From IMG/VR virus record IMGVR_UViG_3300048576_000485, positions 1 through 62,573 of that record: a DNA stretch of 62,573 nucleotides; one strand, written 5' to 3'. A program made the translations under genes and the position numbers. The stretch is from a virus (taxonomy: Duplodnaviria; Caudoviricetes). The notes below the pieces were generated by a model, which was not told the DNA's origin, did not search any database, and worked only from the letters and a program-made list of their open reading frames with translations. Position 1 is the stretch's first letter. Every line of letters starts with the position of its first letter. Positions 9,001 through 18,827 of this stretch are shown here, piece after piece.

Positions 9001-9993
9001 ATGTCAAAAAGCAAGATAGAATGGACTAACAGGGTCTGGAACCCTGTTACGGGATGTACTAAAATAAGTACAGGTTGCAAAAATTGTTACGCGGAGGAAT
9101 TACACAATAAGCGGCATAAAGCATATTGGGAAGGGAAATTACAGGGTCTTCCGCAGTATGCACGGCCTTTCAGCAGGGTGCAATTGCATCCAGAAAGATT
9201 AGGGCAACCTTTACATTGGAAAAAACCGCAAAAGGTTTTTGTTAATAGCATGAGCGACTTGTTCCATAAAGATGTTCCGTTTGAATTTATTGAAGAAGTA
9301 TGGGATGCAATGTTCGATTGTTCTTTTGCCAAAAAAGGCTTCCGAACAAGACATATTTTCCAGATACTCACAAAAAGGCCAGAAAGAGCTATTGAGTTTT
9401 ATCAATACATGGAAGCGCATAACCTGAAGTCCAATTATAATAATATTTGGTTTGGGGTAACAGTCGAAAACCAAGAGCAGGCAGATAAGCGTATTCCGTT
9501 GCTTTTACAGATACCGGCAGCCGTAAGATTTATTTCAGTAGAGCCGATGTTAGGCCCGATAAAGTTAATTTCATCGGGCACTTTTATTGACCATAATTAT
9601 ATGACCGGAGAAGTAAGGCATAAAATGCTAAAAACAAATGATGATATTATATCAATAGAAAAGCAAAAAATCGATTGGGTAATCTGTGGTGGCGAAAGTG
9701 GAAAAAACGCCCGTCCAATGCATCCTGACTGGGTACGAAGCTTAAGGGATCAATGTAAGGCTGCTGACGTGCCGTTTTTCTTTAAGCAATGGGGGAAATA
9801 TAAAATCCTTTATGAAAGGAGCAACCCTCCAGAATTTACATTTGAAAGAGAATATTTCAGATATAACAGGATAAATATATCTGGAGGGCAAGACTCCCAC
9901 GGGGGGAATTTATGTTATTACAAAAAAGTCGGCAAAAGAAATTCCGGTTGCCTGGTTGACGGCGTAGAATATAAAGAATTCCCCAAAACTTAA
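9001..9993 (+). CDS. DUF5131 / phage Gp37-Gp68 family protein
   Basis: SKIEWT..WNPVTGC..S.GCKNCYA, FVNSMSDLFH, QILTKRP, WVICGGESG, FFFKQWG. Confidence 0.92.
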   Translation: MSKSKIEWTNRVWNPVTGCTKISTGCKNCYAEELHNKRHKAYWEGKLQGLPQYARPFSRVQLHPERLGQPLHWKKPQKVFVNSMSDLFHKDVPFEFIEEVWDAMFDCSFAKKGFRTRHIFQILTKRPERAIEFYQYMEAHNLKSNYNNIWFGVTVENQEQADKRIPLLLQIPAAVRFISVEPMLGPIKLISSGTFIDHNYMTGEVRHKMLKTNDDIISIEKQKIDWVICGGESGKNARPMHPDWVRSLRDQCKAADVPFFFKQWGKYKILYERSNPPEFTFEREYFRYNRINISGGQDSHGGNLCYYKKVGKRNSGCLVDGVEYKEFPKT

Positions 9994-10004
9994 AAGGTGA
10001 TAAA

Positions 10005-10280
10005 ATGATAAAGAAATATAAAATAGGTAAATTTGATTTGGATATAAAAACCATGGAATTTGAAAGAGAAACCGGTTCAATGTTATTCTCCAAAAACGGA
10101 AGAAGAGTTGTTAAAATTTGCGAATTGGAAAGTTATTACGATACTCCCGAATTAGCCAAAGAGGCATTAATAAAGAGAGAACAAATTAAATTGGATTATG
10201 CGAAAGAAGAAGTAGCCAGACATGAGAAAAGCTTAGAACTCGTTAAATCAATCGACCTTAAACAGTCTGGTCGACGGTAA
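10005..10280 (+). CDS. hypothetical protein
   Basis: AAGGTG RBS; coiled-coil-like C-terminus. Confidence 0.6.
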   Translation: MIKKYKIGKFDLDIKTMEFERETGSMLFSKNGRRVVKICELESYYDTPELAKEALIKREQIKLDYAKEEVARHEKSLELVKSIDLKQSGRR

Positions 10281-10322
10281 GGAGCATAAGGAATTTCCTA
10301 GCAGAATTGCAAAAGGGTAATT

Positions 10323-10811
10323 ATGATACGGTTTGAGCAAAACGACCCCAAAAAGATGCCTGATAGTGGTAATTTACCCTTCTTAAAAAAAAAGAATGAC
10401 CCCTTAGAAGAATACCAAAACGTAACTAAGGACATTATTAAAAACAAAGCCATTGAGAGAATAGCAAAGGAACTTGTAAAATATTCCGATTTCCCATTTT
10501 CAAACAAAAAAAGTGAAAAACTGATTAATTGGCAAATAATAACAGAAGAAATCAGAAAATCGTATATAGACTTGATACGTTACATCTATGATTTAGCCGA
10601 GCTTAATTTCTTCATACACCCAGAAGAAGTCCATTTTCATTGGGTTATGGAGAGGAGAAAAGAAGGTTGGTCTCATGGTTTTGGTTTCGATATTACACAT
10701 AAAAGAACTTATACGATGGGTTTGTACAAACACCTACCTCAAAATATAAAGATAGGGTATTTCGTATTGATAGAAAAAATTAAGGAGATAAAATGGTTAA
10801 TGAACGGTTAA
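10323..10811 (+). CDS. protein with degenerate RyR-domain-like C-terminus
   Basis: H..W...R.KEGWSHG...D...KRT...Y..LP...K. Confidence 0.55.
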   Translation: MIRFEQNDPKKMPDSGNLPFLKKKNDPLEEYQNVTKDIIKNKAIERIAKELVKYSDFPFSNKKSEKLINWQIITEEIRKSYIDLIRYIYDLAELNFFIHPEEVHFHWVMERRKEGWSHGFGFDITHKRTYTMGLYKHLPQNIKIGYFVLIEKIKEIKWLMNG

Positions 10812-11230
10812 TGGAGATTTATTCCCTTCCAAATACAATATTAGCGAAATTATACGATGAGATATATCCGTCAAATTATGATGGTAGAATTACTCCTGAA
10901 CACTTGAAAGCTGCTGCAATGAAAATGCTAATTGACCGTCTTAAGGGAAGTGAATCTGTAAAAGATTACTTGCTCATTGAGTCCAAACTTCCAAAAGAAG
11001 AATTTCCCGATAACAATAGAGAAGGAGACATACAGGAATTATGCAAGCAGGTAATGAATAGTTCGCTTGTAAAGGTTCCTTTAGAGGGCGGATGTGAGGA
11101 AATTTATTGCCCTTTATGTCAGATTGAGGCCGATTGTTACTGTGATAGCATGGAGGATTTTCCCCATGCCACGAATTGCGCTTATAATATCGCTAAAGAT
11201 TTAATGACAGGAATTAAAATAAAGGAATAA
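10793..11230 (+). CDS. hypothetical protein with Cys/His cluster
   Basis: CPLC...H...C; start may be 10811. Confidence 0.6.
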   Translation: MVNERLMEIYSLPNTILAKLYDEIYPSNYDGRITPEHLKAAAMKMLIDRLKGSESVKDYLLIESKLPKEEFPDNNREGDIQELCKQVMNSSLVKVPLEGGCEEIYCPLCQIEADCYCDSMEDFPHATNCAYNIAKDLMTGIKIKE

Positions 11231-11519
11231 TTCATGAAAGCAATAAAGGAATTCCCAAATGAAATTCATATACTATGTTGAAGAATATATGGGGGGCATA
11301 AGCGTTGAAGCAAGAAGCCAAAAGGCGGCCGACCGTATAATTAGGAAATTAGGGCTGCATGTATTTGCAGTACATTGGAGAAAAATCTAAAAGGGAAAAC
11401 ATTAAAAGAAGTCGAGCAGGCATTGCGAGAATATATTAAGAGAAAAAATACTAAATGTGATTATTATTATGATGGTAATGGAGTAAGAGACGGGACATCA
11501 TAATATTCCCCGGTAAAAA

Positions 11520-11563
11520 CTGAAAAAAAATAGACAAAAGTAAAAATAGCGAATTAATAAATT
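11520..11563 (+). promoter_or_regulatory. putative late promoter 1
   Basis: CTGAAAAAAAATAGACAA; TAAATT 21 bp after TAGACA; upstream of portal. Confidence 0.75.
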
Positions 11564-11589
11564 AACGCCTGAACAATCAGGCGTTTTTT
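11564..11589 (+). terminator. intrinsic terminator-like hairpin
   Basis: AACGCCTGA-ACAA-TCAGGCGTT followed by T tract. Confidence 0.65.
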
Positions 11590-11590
11590 A

Positions 11591-13372
11591 ATGCAAAAAA
11601 TTCAATTAGATAAAGAATTCTCGCCAGGGCAACAAGAAGAAAACCCGAACGAATTGATAGATACGATAAAAAAACAAAATCAGGAAGCTTTTGACAGGGT
11701 GCAGAAAGAAGGTTTTGAAATTAACCTAGCAATGGCTCAAGAATTGCTTGCCCACATCAGGGATATTGACGGGCCTATATACGATTACGCAGGCGGACAC
11801 CGGTACATTAACCTTGAAACTGAACCTATTCCCTATAGTCTGCTACGCAGGGCAGGAGATACAGAACCCGGAAGGCTTATCAAGAACAAAAGAAGATTAG
11901 ATTTTGCGCAATGGGGAGTTGCACCTTCAGGCGGACGGAAAAGAGGGGCAATATTTAAGTTTTCAAATCCTGATTTTCAACCAACAAAAGAAGAAAAAAC
12001 TCTTTTAAGTTTATGGCAAGAAAAGTTGTTATCCTCCTTTTTTTATCCCCCAAACGATACAAGCCCGAACTTTGCAAAATTTATTGGTGCGGCTTATGAG
12101 GATTACTTTGATCTCGACGACATAACCGTTGAAATAAGAACAGATGGTTTTGATAATCCGGTTGCAATTCACTTACAAGACCCGGTACTTTTTAAGCCGG
12201 TTGTTAAGAGACAAAGATATACTAATCATATAATCGGTTCAGATACTCAAGAACTAATCAATGAGCTAGAAAGTATTGTAGGCAAAGGGGTAAAGGAAGA
12301 AGCACCGATAGAGCCAGATTATTTGCTGGTTTATCAGAACATAAAACTCGCCGGTGTTACCAGGGATAAAGTAATGAAGTCTCATTTCTTCTTACGTTCA
12401 GATCATAAATTTGCGAATAGGGGATATAGCATTGCAGAACAGGCAGTAAGAATGATTACCTACATAACCAATGCTCTTAAGATGAACGCCAGCAACTTTA
12501 TGAACTCCCGATTGCCTTTAGGTGTATTCGCATTTACTGGGGGAGGGGTTAACCAGTTAGCATTAGAAGCCCTAAAAAAAACTATGTATGCTTATCAAAA
12601 TGGTTCAACCAACCAGAATAGGATTCCTATGATAAGCCTTAATGCCGAAAAAGGTGATCTGAAATGGGTAAGTGCAAGGGGGAGCAGCCGGGATATGGAA
12701 TACCATCAATTTATGACATTGTTGTTTTCTATTTTCTGTCAATTATCCGGTACAGACCCAAGGGAAGTAACTTTAGGTAGTTACGGCGATGCAGTAGGGG
12801 CAAAGAGCTTATTTCAGGAGTCAACGGATGGCGTTGTAAAAGAATCTAAGGATTTAGGGGCAAAGGTATTTCTTCAATACTTAGCCGACAGTCTTAACGC
12901 ACCCAATAAAGACGGGGCAAACATATTTAAACGAGTTACCGGACTTGATCTAATGTTATCCTTTGAAGGCTTTGAAATTGAAGACCGGAAAGCGAAGGTT
13001 GAAATTGATGCAAAGCTATTAGCAACTACAAAAAGTTTTAATGATCTATTGGCCGAAGAGGATAAAGAGAAGCAAGAACTTTTGTTGGGTGATATTAATG
13101 TTTACGATTTACCAGGCTTTACCAATCAGCAGATTTACCAAACAGTTCTATTTAACGCGCAACAAAAGGCGCAACAGGAACAGATGCAACAGCAAACGCA
13201 ATCCGGCGGCCCAGCTGCTCCACAGCAAGGGAATGAGCAAGGCGAGCGGAATGGCGGCCAATTAACCGACAAGGATAAGGAATTATTGAGATTGTACGGC
13301 AACGATGCTGATATGGAAGGAGATTTAAGATCGGAGTATGAAAATTTAAGCAAAACGAATAAGGAGGAATAG
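11591..13372 (+). CDS. portal protein
   Basis: GYS..EQ, SNFMNSRLPLG, RDMEY..F...L..I.CQL.G.DP.E pattern as in SPO1-like portals; first gene of head module. Confidence 0.85.
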   Translation: MQKIQLDKEFSPGQQEENPNELIDTIKKQNQEAFDRVQKEGFEINLAMAQELLAHIRDIDGPIYDYAGGHRYINLETEPIPYSLLRRAGDTEPGRLIKNKRRLDFAQWGVAPSGGRKRGAIFKFSNPDFQPTKEEKTLLSLWQEKLLSSFFYPPNDTSPNFAKFIGAAYEDYFDLDDITVEIRTDGFDNPVAIHLQDPVLFKPVVKRQRYTNHIIGSDTQELINELESIVGKGVKEEAPIEPDYLLVYQNIKLAGVTRDKVMKSHFFLRSDHKFANRGYSIAEQAVRMITYITNALKMNASNFMNSRLPLGVFAFTGGGVNQLALEALKKTMYAYQNGSTNQNRIPMISLNAEKGDLKWVSARGSSRDMEYHQFMTLLFSIFCQLSGTDPREVTLGSYGDAVGAKSLFQESTDGVVKESKDLGAKVFLQYLADSLNAPNKDGANIFKRVTGLDLMLSFEGFEIEDRKAKVEIDAKLLATTKSFNDLLAEEDKEKQELLLGDINVYDLPGFTNQQIYQTVLFNAQQKAQQEQMQQQTQSGGPAAPQQGNEQGERNGGQLTDKDKELLRLYGNDADMEGDLRSEYENLSKTNKEE

Positions 13373-13378
13373 GGGTAA

Positions 13379-13789
13379 ATGGGTAATGGATGTCCTGATA
13401 ACAACAAAGATTGCTATTTCTTAAAAGACAAAGAGGAAATTACAAAGCAATTACAGGAAGTCTTGAAAAGGATGGAAAATGTTGATTGCGATGTAACGTT
13501 AAAGAATGGTACAACAAAAGTCGTTAAGCAGAGCGAGGCTATCGTTTTGACGTGGGAAAATCAAATTGAGATATTTAAGCAAATTGAGCAGATAAACCAA
13601 CGCACACAGATACTGGAAGATGTGCACCTGCTGGTAGAGTACAGTAAAAAAATAGGCAAAATTCTATCTCCGGTATTCAGGATATTAAAAATAATAGCCA
13701 TAACGGGCATAATCTTTTTTGCTCTTTATTTGTTGGTAGCCGGACGGATTAAGATAGAGGATATTATGTCAAACATTTTCGGGTTATAG
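13379..13789 (+). CDS. coiled-coil protein with C-terminal TM helix
   Basis: IIAITGIIFFALYLLVAG. Confidence 0.65.
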   Translation: MGNGCPDNNKDCYFLKDKEEITKQLQEVLKRMENVDCDVTLKNGTTKVVKQSEAIVLTWENQIEIFKQIEQINQRTQILEDVHLLVEYSKKIGKILSPVFRILKIIAITGIIFFALYLLVAGRIKIEDIMSNIFGL

Positions 13790-13790
13790 T

Positions 13791-13961
13791 ATGATACCTG
13801 CTAATTTAATGAGTAAAGAAGAATATGAAATATATGAAGAGAGAGCCGCAATTTGCGAGTATGACGGCAATATGACCCGGCAAGAAGCGGAAAAAATAGC
13901 CACAAAACAAATAATTGACATGAGGTTCAAAAAGAGAAATGATTCAAACGATAGACGGTAA
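13791..13961 (+). CDS. small phage protein (56 aa, not in ORF track)
   Basis: YEERAAICEYDGNMTRQEAEKIA, a recurrent phage motif. Confidence 0.6.
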   Translation: MIPANLMSKEEYEIYEERAAICEYDGNMTRQEAEKIATKQIIDMRFKKRNDSNDRR

Positions 13962-15003
13962 ATTACATCACCTTAAGCAGTTGGATTTTATAGAAAGGCA
14001 TTTGTCAGGGTTATACAACCCTGATGCTTTTTATAATGACTTGCGTGAATTCCTGATTGAAAGTAAAACCATTGATTTGGATACCAAAGAGTATTTAACA
14101 ATTATGGAAATCGAAAGGATTGATACGTTTATTAAGGATTATTTCTATTTGCGTATTCCCGAAGCTCAAACTTATTTTTTACGTGCTTATGTTATCGGTA
14201 GATTGTTTTCAAGGGCTGACCTTCAGGGGGCAGCCGTTACTAATTTATTACAATTAAAGGTTGATAGTCTCCCGAAGTTCATTCGAGATGCAGCCGTTGA
14301 ATACGATTTGAATATAAGTGAAATAGAGGCTCTTAAAGCGGCAGTTGAGAAAGGGGGGCAGTTTATTACCAATACGACTACAAACACGCAACAGCAAGTA
14401 AAGATAGCCCTCACGGAGGCAATAATGCGGAGAGAAGGGGCAAGCGGGGTTGAGAGGCGGTTACGTGAAATGATGGTTGATGATACAGGTGAACTTAACC
14501 GGAATCTAAAAAGGGTTGCCATTACAGAAACCAATACAGCCTTTTCAGCTGGTTATCTTTCAACAATGAATGAGGGAGATTATGTAATCGGTATAAGTAT
14601 GCCGGATTGTTGCCCGTCTTGTGATGATGTTATTAACATGAAAGTTTATAAGGTAACTCAAAATCCTCCGCCGGACTATAGCACATTAACCGGAGAAGAT
14701 TATAAAAGAGTTGCTAAAACCTGGGAAAGTACTGTATGGGCTGGTAAAACAAATATTGGCCGCAGTATGTCAGTCCGGAAGCGAATTGACAAAACCAAAG
14801 GCAACAAAAAGGATAATTTGAGAGAAAAAAAGCATGATGAATATAGTATGCCTTGTATTCCCTTCCACCCAAATTGTCGCTGCCTATTTATTGCTTTCAA
14901 TCCATTAATGCAATGGGTAGATAATGGGAAGATAAGACTTGCCTTTGAAGATAGGGCAGCCCATAAAAAATGGTATGAACAAAACATATTGGGTATGGGA
15001 TGA
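13939..15003 (+). CDS. MuF-like head morphogenesis protein
   Basis: RVAITETN, CPSC, PFHPNCRC; located after portal. Confidence 0.8.
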   Translation: MIQTIDGKLHHLKQLDFIERHLSGLYNPDAFYNDLREFLIESKTIDLDTKEYLTIMEIERIDTFIKDYFYLRIPEAQTYFLRAYVIGRLFSRADLQGAAVTNLLQLKVDSLPKFIRDAAVEYDLNISEIEALKAAVEKGGQFITNTTTNTQQQVKIALTEAIMRREGASGVERRLREMMVDDTGELNRNLKRVAITETNTAFSAGYLSTMNEGDYVIGISMPDCCPSCDDVINMKVYKVTQNPPPDYSTLTGEDYKRVAKTWESTVWAGKTNIGRSMSVRKRIDKTKGNKKDNLREKKHDEYSMPCIPFHPNCRCLFIAFNPLMQWVDNGKIRLAFEDRAAHKKWYEQNILGMG

Positions 15004-18000
15004 AAATATTAAGTAGAGTACCCGATTTTGAGGGTGGATTTATTACAAAGAGTTTAGAAAACTATCAAATTATTACCCGAGATAATGAAGGACACATTCT
15101 TGATTCAATTCCTTATGATATGATTGAGATAGGGGCAGAAACAGATTTAGGCACAATAAAAGATTGCACCGAAGATACCGTAATTATGTCAGATAATCGG
15201 GAATTGGACAGGTTAATGGTTAATTCCCATTTACTCAATAAAGCACTTGAAACAGGCAAGATTGAAATAGAGGAACCCGAAGAGCCTTATGTATCAGGAA
15301 CATTTGAAACTGTTTTGGGAAAAGTTGAAGTTGAAAGAGAACCAGACAGCATAAGAGCGGTTTTGTGTTCCCCTGATAAAGTTGAAGAAGAATTTTTTTA
15401 CAAGAGCATCGGCAATAAACTCTACACGGCTGAAGTCATTAAACCCTTTATCGGTAATCACCGGATTTTTTGGTATGGCGCCGAGCGAAAAAAAAGAAAT
15501 CCAAAATTATATAAAGCATTCGGGAATAGCGTAAGAATAACAAACCCGACAGTTTCAACAGGTGGAAACGCGTGGAACAAAAAAGGTGGACAGAAGCCGG
15601 GGCACAAGTATCTTGACCGGAAGGAAGTTGCGCCAGGTAAGTATATTTATCTTTATAAATTGCCTGATGGCCGTAAGCAATGGCAAAATGAACAAGGGCA
15701 AAACGTTAAACAACCGGAAGAGCAGACAGCCGAGCTGGATATGAATTTTACAAAAGGGGATATTGTAAAATTTAACGGTGAAAATTACGCAGTAAAGGAA
15801 GCTGCCGACAATTTACTTGTTCTTTCGGGGGAAGGGAAAAAGCCAATAATAGTTAATAAAACCAATTATTTACAAGAGCAGAAAGACCTACAAAATTTCA
15901 GGCAGGGGGATATTGTAAACTTTCAGGGTAAAAGTTCAAGGGTAAAGCTAACCACAAATAACTTTGTTTTGTTGGAGTATGAAGATGGAGGGCATAAGCT
16001 TTTCAGAAAAAACGTTGAACTTAGGAAGGTTTCTTCCGGAGAAATGAGAACCCCGGAAACATTTAAGAAATATGGTATAGATAAAAAGGTTGCCGATGTT
16101 ACAGGGGGTATAGTAACGTCAGATGAATATCTCATGCAAAATCATAACTATAAAAATGACCCTGAGTATAAGTTATTCCTTCAGACTTCACAGGAAACTG
16201 GGTTTGGCCGTAAGAACGATTTACGGCAGCAAAAGTTTGTTAAAACTCCCAAAGGGCATATTTCGATTGAAAGACGGTACAATCCCATAAACGATGATAT
16301 TGAAATAAGTATTGATGGAATTGATAATTATCCTGTTTACATGAACGGAAAGAAATTTATTGCAGTTGATGCAATGGAGGATGGTTACATTGTTAAGGAT
16401 AAACGGGGGGAATATTTTCATTTGCCATTTGATGAGCTGGAAAAAGAACGGCAAAAAGAGATTGAAGTTCAGGAGAAGAAAAAACTAAAGATTAGTTTTG
16501 ATGATAAAGGCAATATTGTCAGTTCCAATTGGGTGAAAAAAGATGAAAACCCTGATATGCTGGCGGAGATAAAACAGGCAAATAAAGATAAGGCAGAAGG
16601 AAGGCCCAAATTATCAATAAGAAGTAAAGTAAAGACATCTCCGGTACAAACGCAGGAAGAAAAAGACAGGGTTAAACTCGAATACGAAAGAACTATTGCG
16701 GAGAAAAAGCAAACACTTGATACACCGGCTTATATTACTTTCAGGCAGGATGCTGAAAATGAGGGTTTTAAGGTTATGCCTGATCTATTCACCGCAGAGC
16801 AAACAGCTAAAGTAAATGGCGTTGATTATAAGTTTATGCGGAAATTTGATTATAAAACGAGCGAAGTATTAACCGAACAGATAGCAGGTAAGTATAAACA
16901 AGTAGAAATTAACGGTAAAAAGTTTGACATTGAGGGAATAAAAGGGAATAAAGTACTTTACAAAGATTCCGAAGATGATTTCAATAATAGTTTACTTGGT
17001 ACTTTAGGCGTTTCTTCAATCAAGAGCATTTCCTTAGATGAGCTAAAAAAGATGAACGGCGAAGCTCTTTTTGCAAAGACCGAAGCCAACAAGGGACTTG
17101 TAAGCAAAAAAAAGCAAACAAAACAGTTAAGTATCGACTCACAAACCAAAATACCATATTGGACGGAAGTAGTAGAAGCCGATCAGATTACTCCGAGCCA
17201 TACATACAATAATGGGGAATTCGTTAAAAACAATAATTACTCGATAAAGGCAGCTCAAAACCGAGATTACAATGCTAAAGATATTGAAGTAACAGAGGGG
17301 ATAAAGAATAAACCTGATTTTGATATGTTGGATGATGTTCACCTGGCAACGTCCGGCGCACCGATTGTTAACAATAATTATGAAGTGTATGGCGGGAACA
17401 ATAGAAGTATGGGAATTATTGCGCATTATTCTTCCGGCGGGAATAAGTATAAAGAGGATCTAATTAACCATGCAGAAGAATTAGGGTTTAATCCTGATGA
17501 AATAAAGGCAATGACCAATCCTATTCTTATTCGCCGCACAGATGTTTCCGCAGAGGAGGCCAATGTTTTAGGCGGGAAAACAAATCAGAGTCTTGCAAAA
17601 GAGCAAAGCCTTGATGATACGGCAAGGGCAAAAGTTCAGCAGATTAAGCGGGACGAAAACCTTGTTAACCAAATACATGAATTATTTGCAAAAGTAAAGG
17701 ATCCCGAAATAGATACTTTCAACAAATATATTGACTCAGATAAAGGCATTGGCGATGAAATATTTAACCTGCTAAGGCGCAAGGGCATTATTAACGCCAA
17801 CGAGATAAGGAAGTACACCAACAATAACGGTAAACCAAATAAGGAAGTATTAAAAACATTAATGCGAAACTTAATATTTGGCGACACCGGAGAATTTTTT
17901 GAAAATAATCTCATTCCTGAAAATACCGTTAAGGCCCTTGATATGTCATTAGGTACGTTAATGGGATTCAATAAGGAACAAAGTTTACAGGAACCGATTA

Positions 18001-18263
18001 ACAGCGCTATTAAAATAATCGGGAAGTATCAGAACTTTAAGGATAAGTACAACAATATTGGTGAATTCCTGAATTCTGATATTGACGTCTTTTCTGGTTC
18101 CGCAGAAGTGAACGATAAGGCAAAAGCAATGATTAAGCTATTAACCGAGAGTAAGCCTACTGAAGTGAAAAATAAAATAAATAATTACAGGGCTGATATG
18201 GAAAGCACAATGTTTAGTGATGGATTAAGCCCTGAAGAAGCATTTAAAAACAATTTCCAATAA
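15000..18263 (+). CDS. large head-associated protein with DdrB-like ParB domain
   Basis: VVEADQITPSH, QNRDY, GAPIV, GGNNRSM, NPILIR (~17160-17600); GHKYLDR..GKYIYLY motif; KOW/SH3-like GDIV repeats. Confidence 0.7.
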   Translation: MKILSRVPDFEGGFITKSLENYQIITRDNEGHILDSIPYDMIEIGAETDLGTIKDCTEDTVIMSDNRELDRLMVNSHLLNKALETGKIEIEEPEEPYVSGTFETVLGKVEVEREPDSIRAVLCSPDKVEEEFFYKSIGNKLYTAEVIKPFIGNHRIFWYGAERKKRNPKLYKAFGNSVRITNPTVSTGGNAWNKKGGQKPGHKYLDRKEVAPGKYIYLYKLPDGRKQWQNEQGQNVKQPEEQTAELDMNFTKGDIVKFNGENYAVKEAADNLLVLSGEGKKPIIVNKTNYLQEQKDLQNFRQGDIVNFQGKSSRVKLTTNNFVLLEYEDGGHKLFRKNVELRKVSSGEMRTPETFKKYGIDKKVADVTGGIVTSDEYLMQNHNYKNDPEYKLFLQTSQETGFGRKNDLRQQKFVKTPKGHISIERRYNPINDDIEISIDGIDNYPVYMNGKKFIAVDAMEDGYIVKDKRGEYFHLPFDELEKERQKEIEVQEKKKLKISFDDKGNIVSSNWVKKDENPDMLAEIKQANKDKAEGRPKLSIRSKVKTSPVQTQEEKDRVKLEYERTIAEKKQTLDTPAYITFRQDAENEGFKVMPDLFTAEQTAKVNGVDYKFMRKFDYKTSEVLTEQIAGKYKQVEINGKKFDIEGIKGNKVLYKDSEDDFNNSLLGTLGVSSIKSISLDELKKMNGEALFAKTEANKGLVSKKKQTKQLSIDSQTKIPYWTEVVEADQITPSHTYNNGEFVKNNNYSIKAAQNRDYNAKDIEVTEGIKNKPDFDMLDDVHLATSGAPIVNNNYEVYGGNNRSMGIIAHYSSGGNKYKEDLINHAEELGFNPDEIKAMTNPILIRRTDVSAEEANVLGGKTNQSLAKEQSLDDTARAKVQQIKRDENLVNQIHELFAKVKDPEIDTFNKYIDSDKGIGDEIFNLLRRKGIINANEIRKYTNNNGKPNKEVLKTLMRNLIFGDTGEFFENNLIPENTVKALDMSLGTLMGFNKEQSLQEPINSAIKIIGKYQNFKDKYNNIGEFLNSDIDVFSGSAEVNDKAKAMIKLLTESKPTEVKNKINNYRADMESTMFSDGLSPEEAFKNNFQ

Positions 18264-18299
18264 TGGGAAACATAAAAAACAAATAAAAGGAGTAGTATT

Positions 18300-18770
18300 A
18301 TGTCAGCTAAATATCCTAAATTGTCATCCGATATTCTTAATGCAAGGGATTTTTACAACAATCCAAATTCGTTAGCCGGTCTACTTGCATTGGCAAACCT
18401 GCCATTTAATGTAGTTACAGGAAAAGTAACAGCAGGCGCTTCAGGTGCAACAGTAAAAGACAACGTATTCATTTCGCCAACGAAACTTGAGATTAAGGAT
18501 GTGAATTTCGTTATTGACACAGTTCAGACGGGTACAGGAAATACCCCGAAAGTGCAGCTATTAAACTTAACACAGAGCATAACAATTGCTGAATCAGCCG
18601 ATATTGCATTAAGTAAAACAATTGGAGACGTTGTTCCTTTAGTGATTGATGCAGATAATGCGGTAATTGCTGAAGGGGATGTACTTCAGTTGGCAATTGT
18701 TAACCCGGCAGGCACAATTACAGTAGCTTTGATAGGTAAAGGTCAATTTGCATGGGTATCTGTAGCTTAG
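18300..18770 (+). CDS. putative virion decoration/structural protein
   Basis: beta-rich A/V/I/T composition; AAGGAG RBS; own terminator. Confidence 0.55.
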   Translation: MSAKYPKLSSDILNARDFYNNPNSLAGLLALANLPFNVVTGKVTAGASGATVKDNVFISPTKLEIKDVNFVIDTVQTGTGNTPKVQLLNLTQSITIAESADIALSKTIGDVVPLVIDADNAVIAEGDVLQLAIVNPAGTITVALIGKGQFAWVSVA

Positions 18771-18784
18771 TTGTTTAATTTACA

Positions 18785-18815
18785 AGGCTATCCTAAAAAA
18801 GGGTAGCCTATTTTT
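18785..18815 (+). terminator. intrinsic terminator
   Basis: AGGCTATCC-loop-GGGTAGCCT-ATTTTT. Confidence 0.7.
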
Positions 18816-18827
18816 ATAAGGGAAAAA

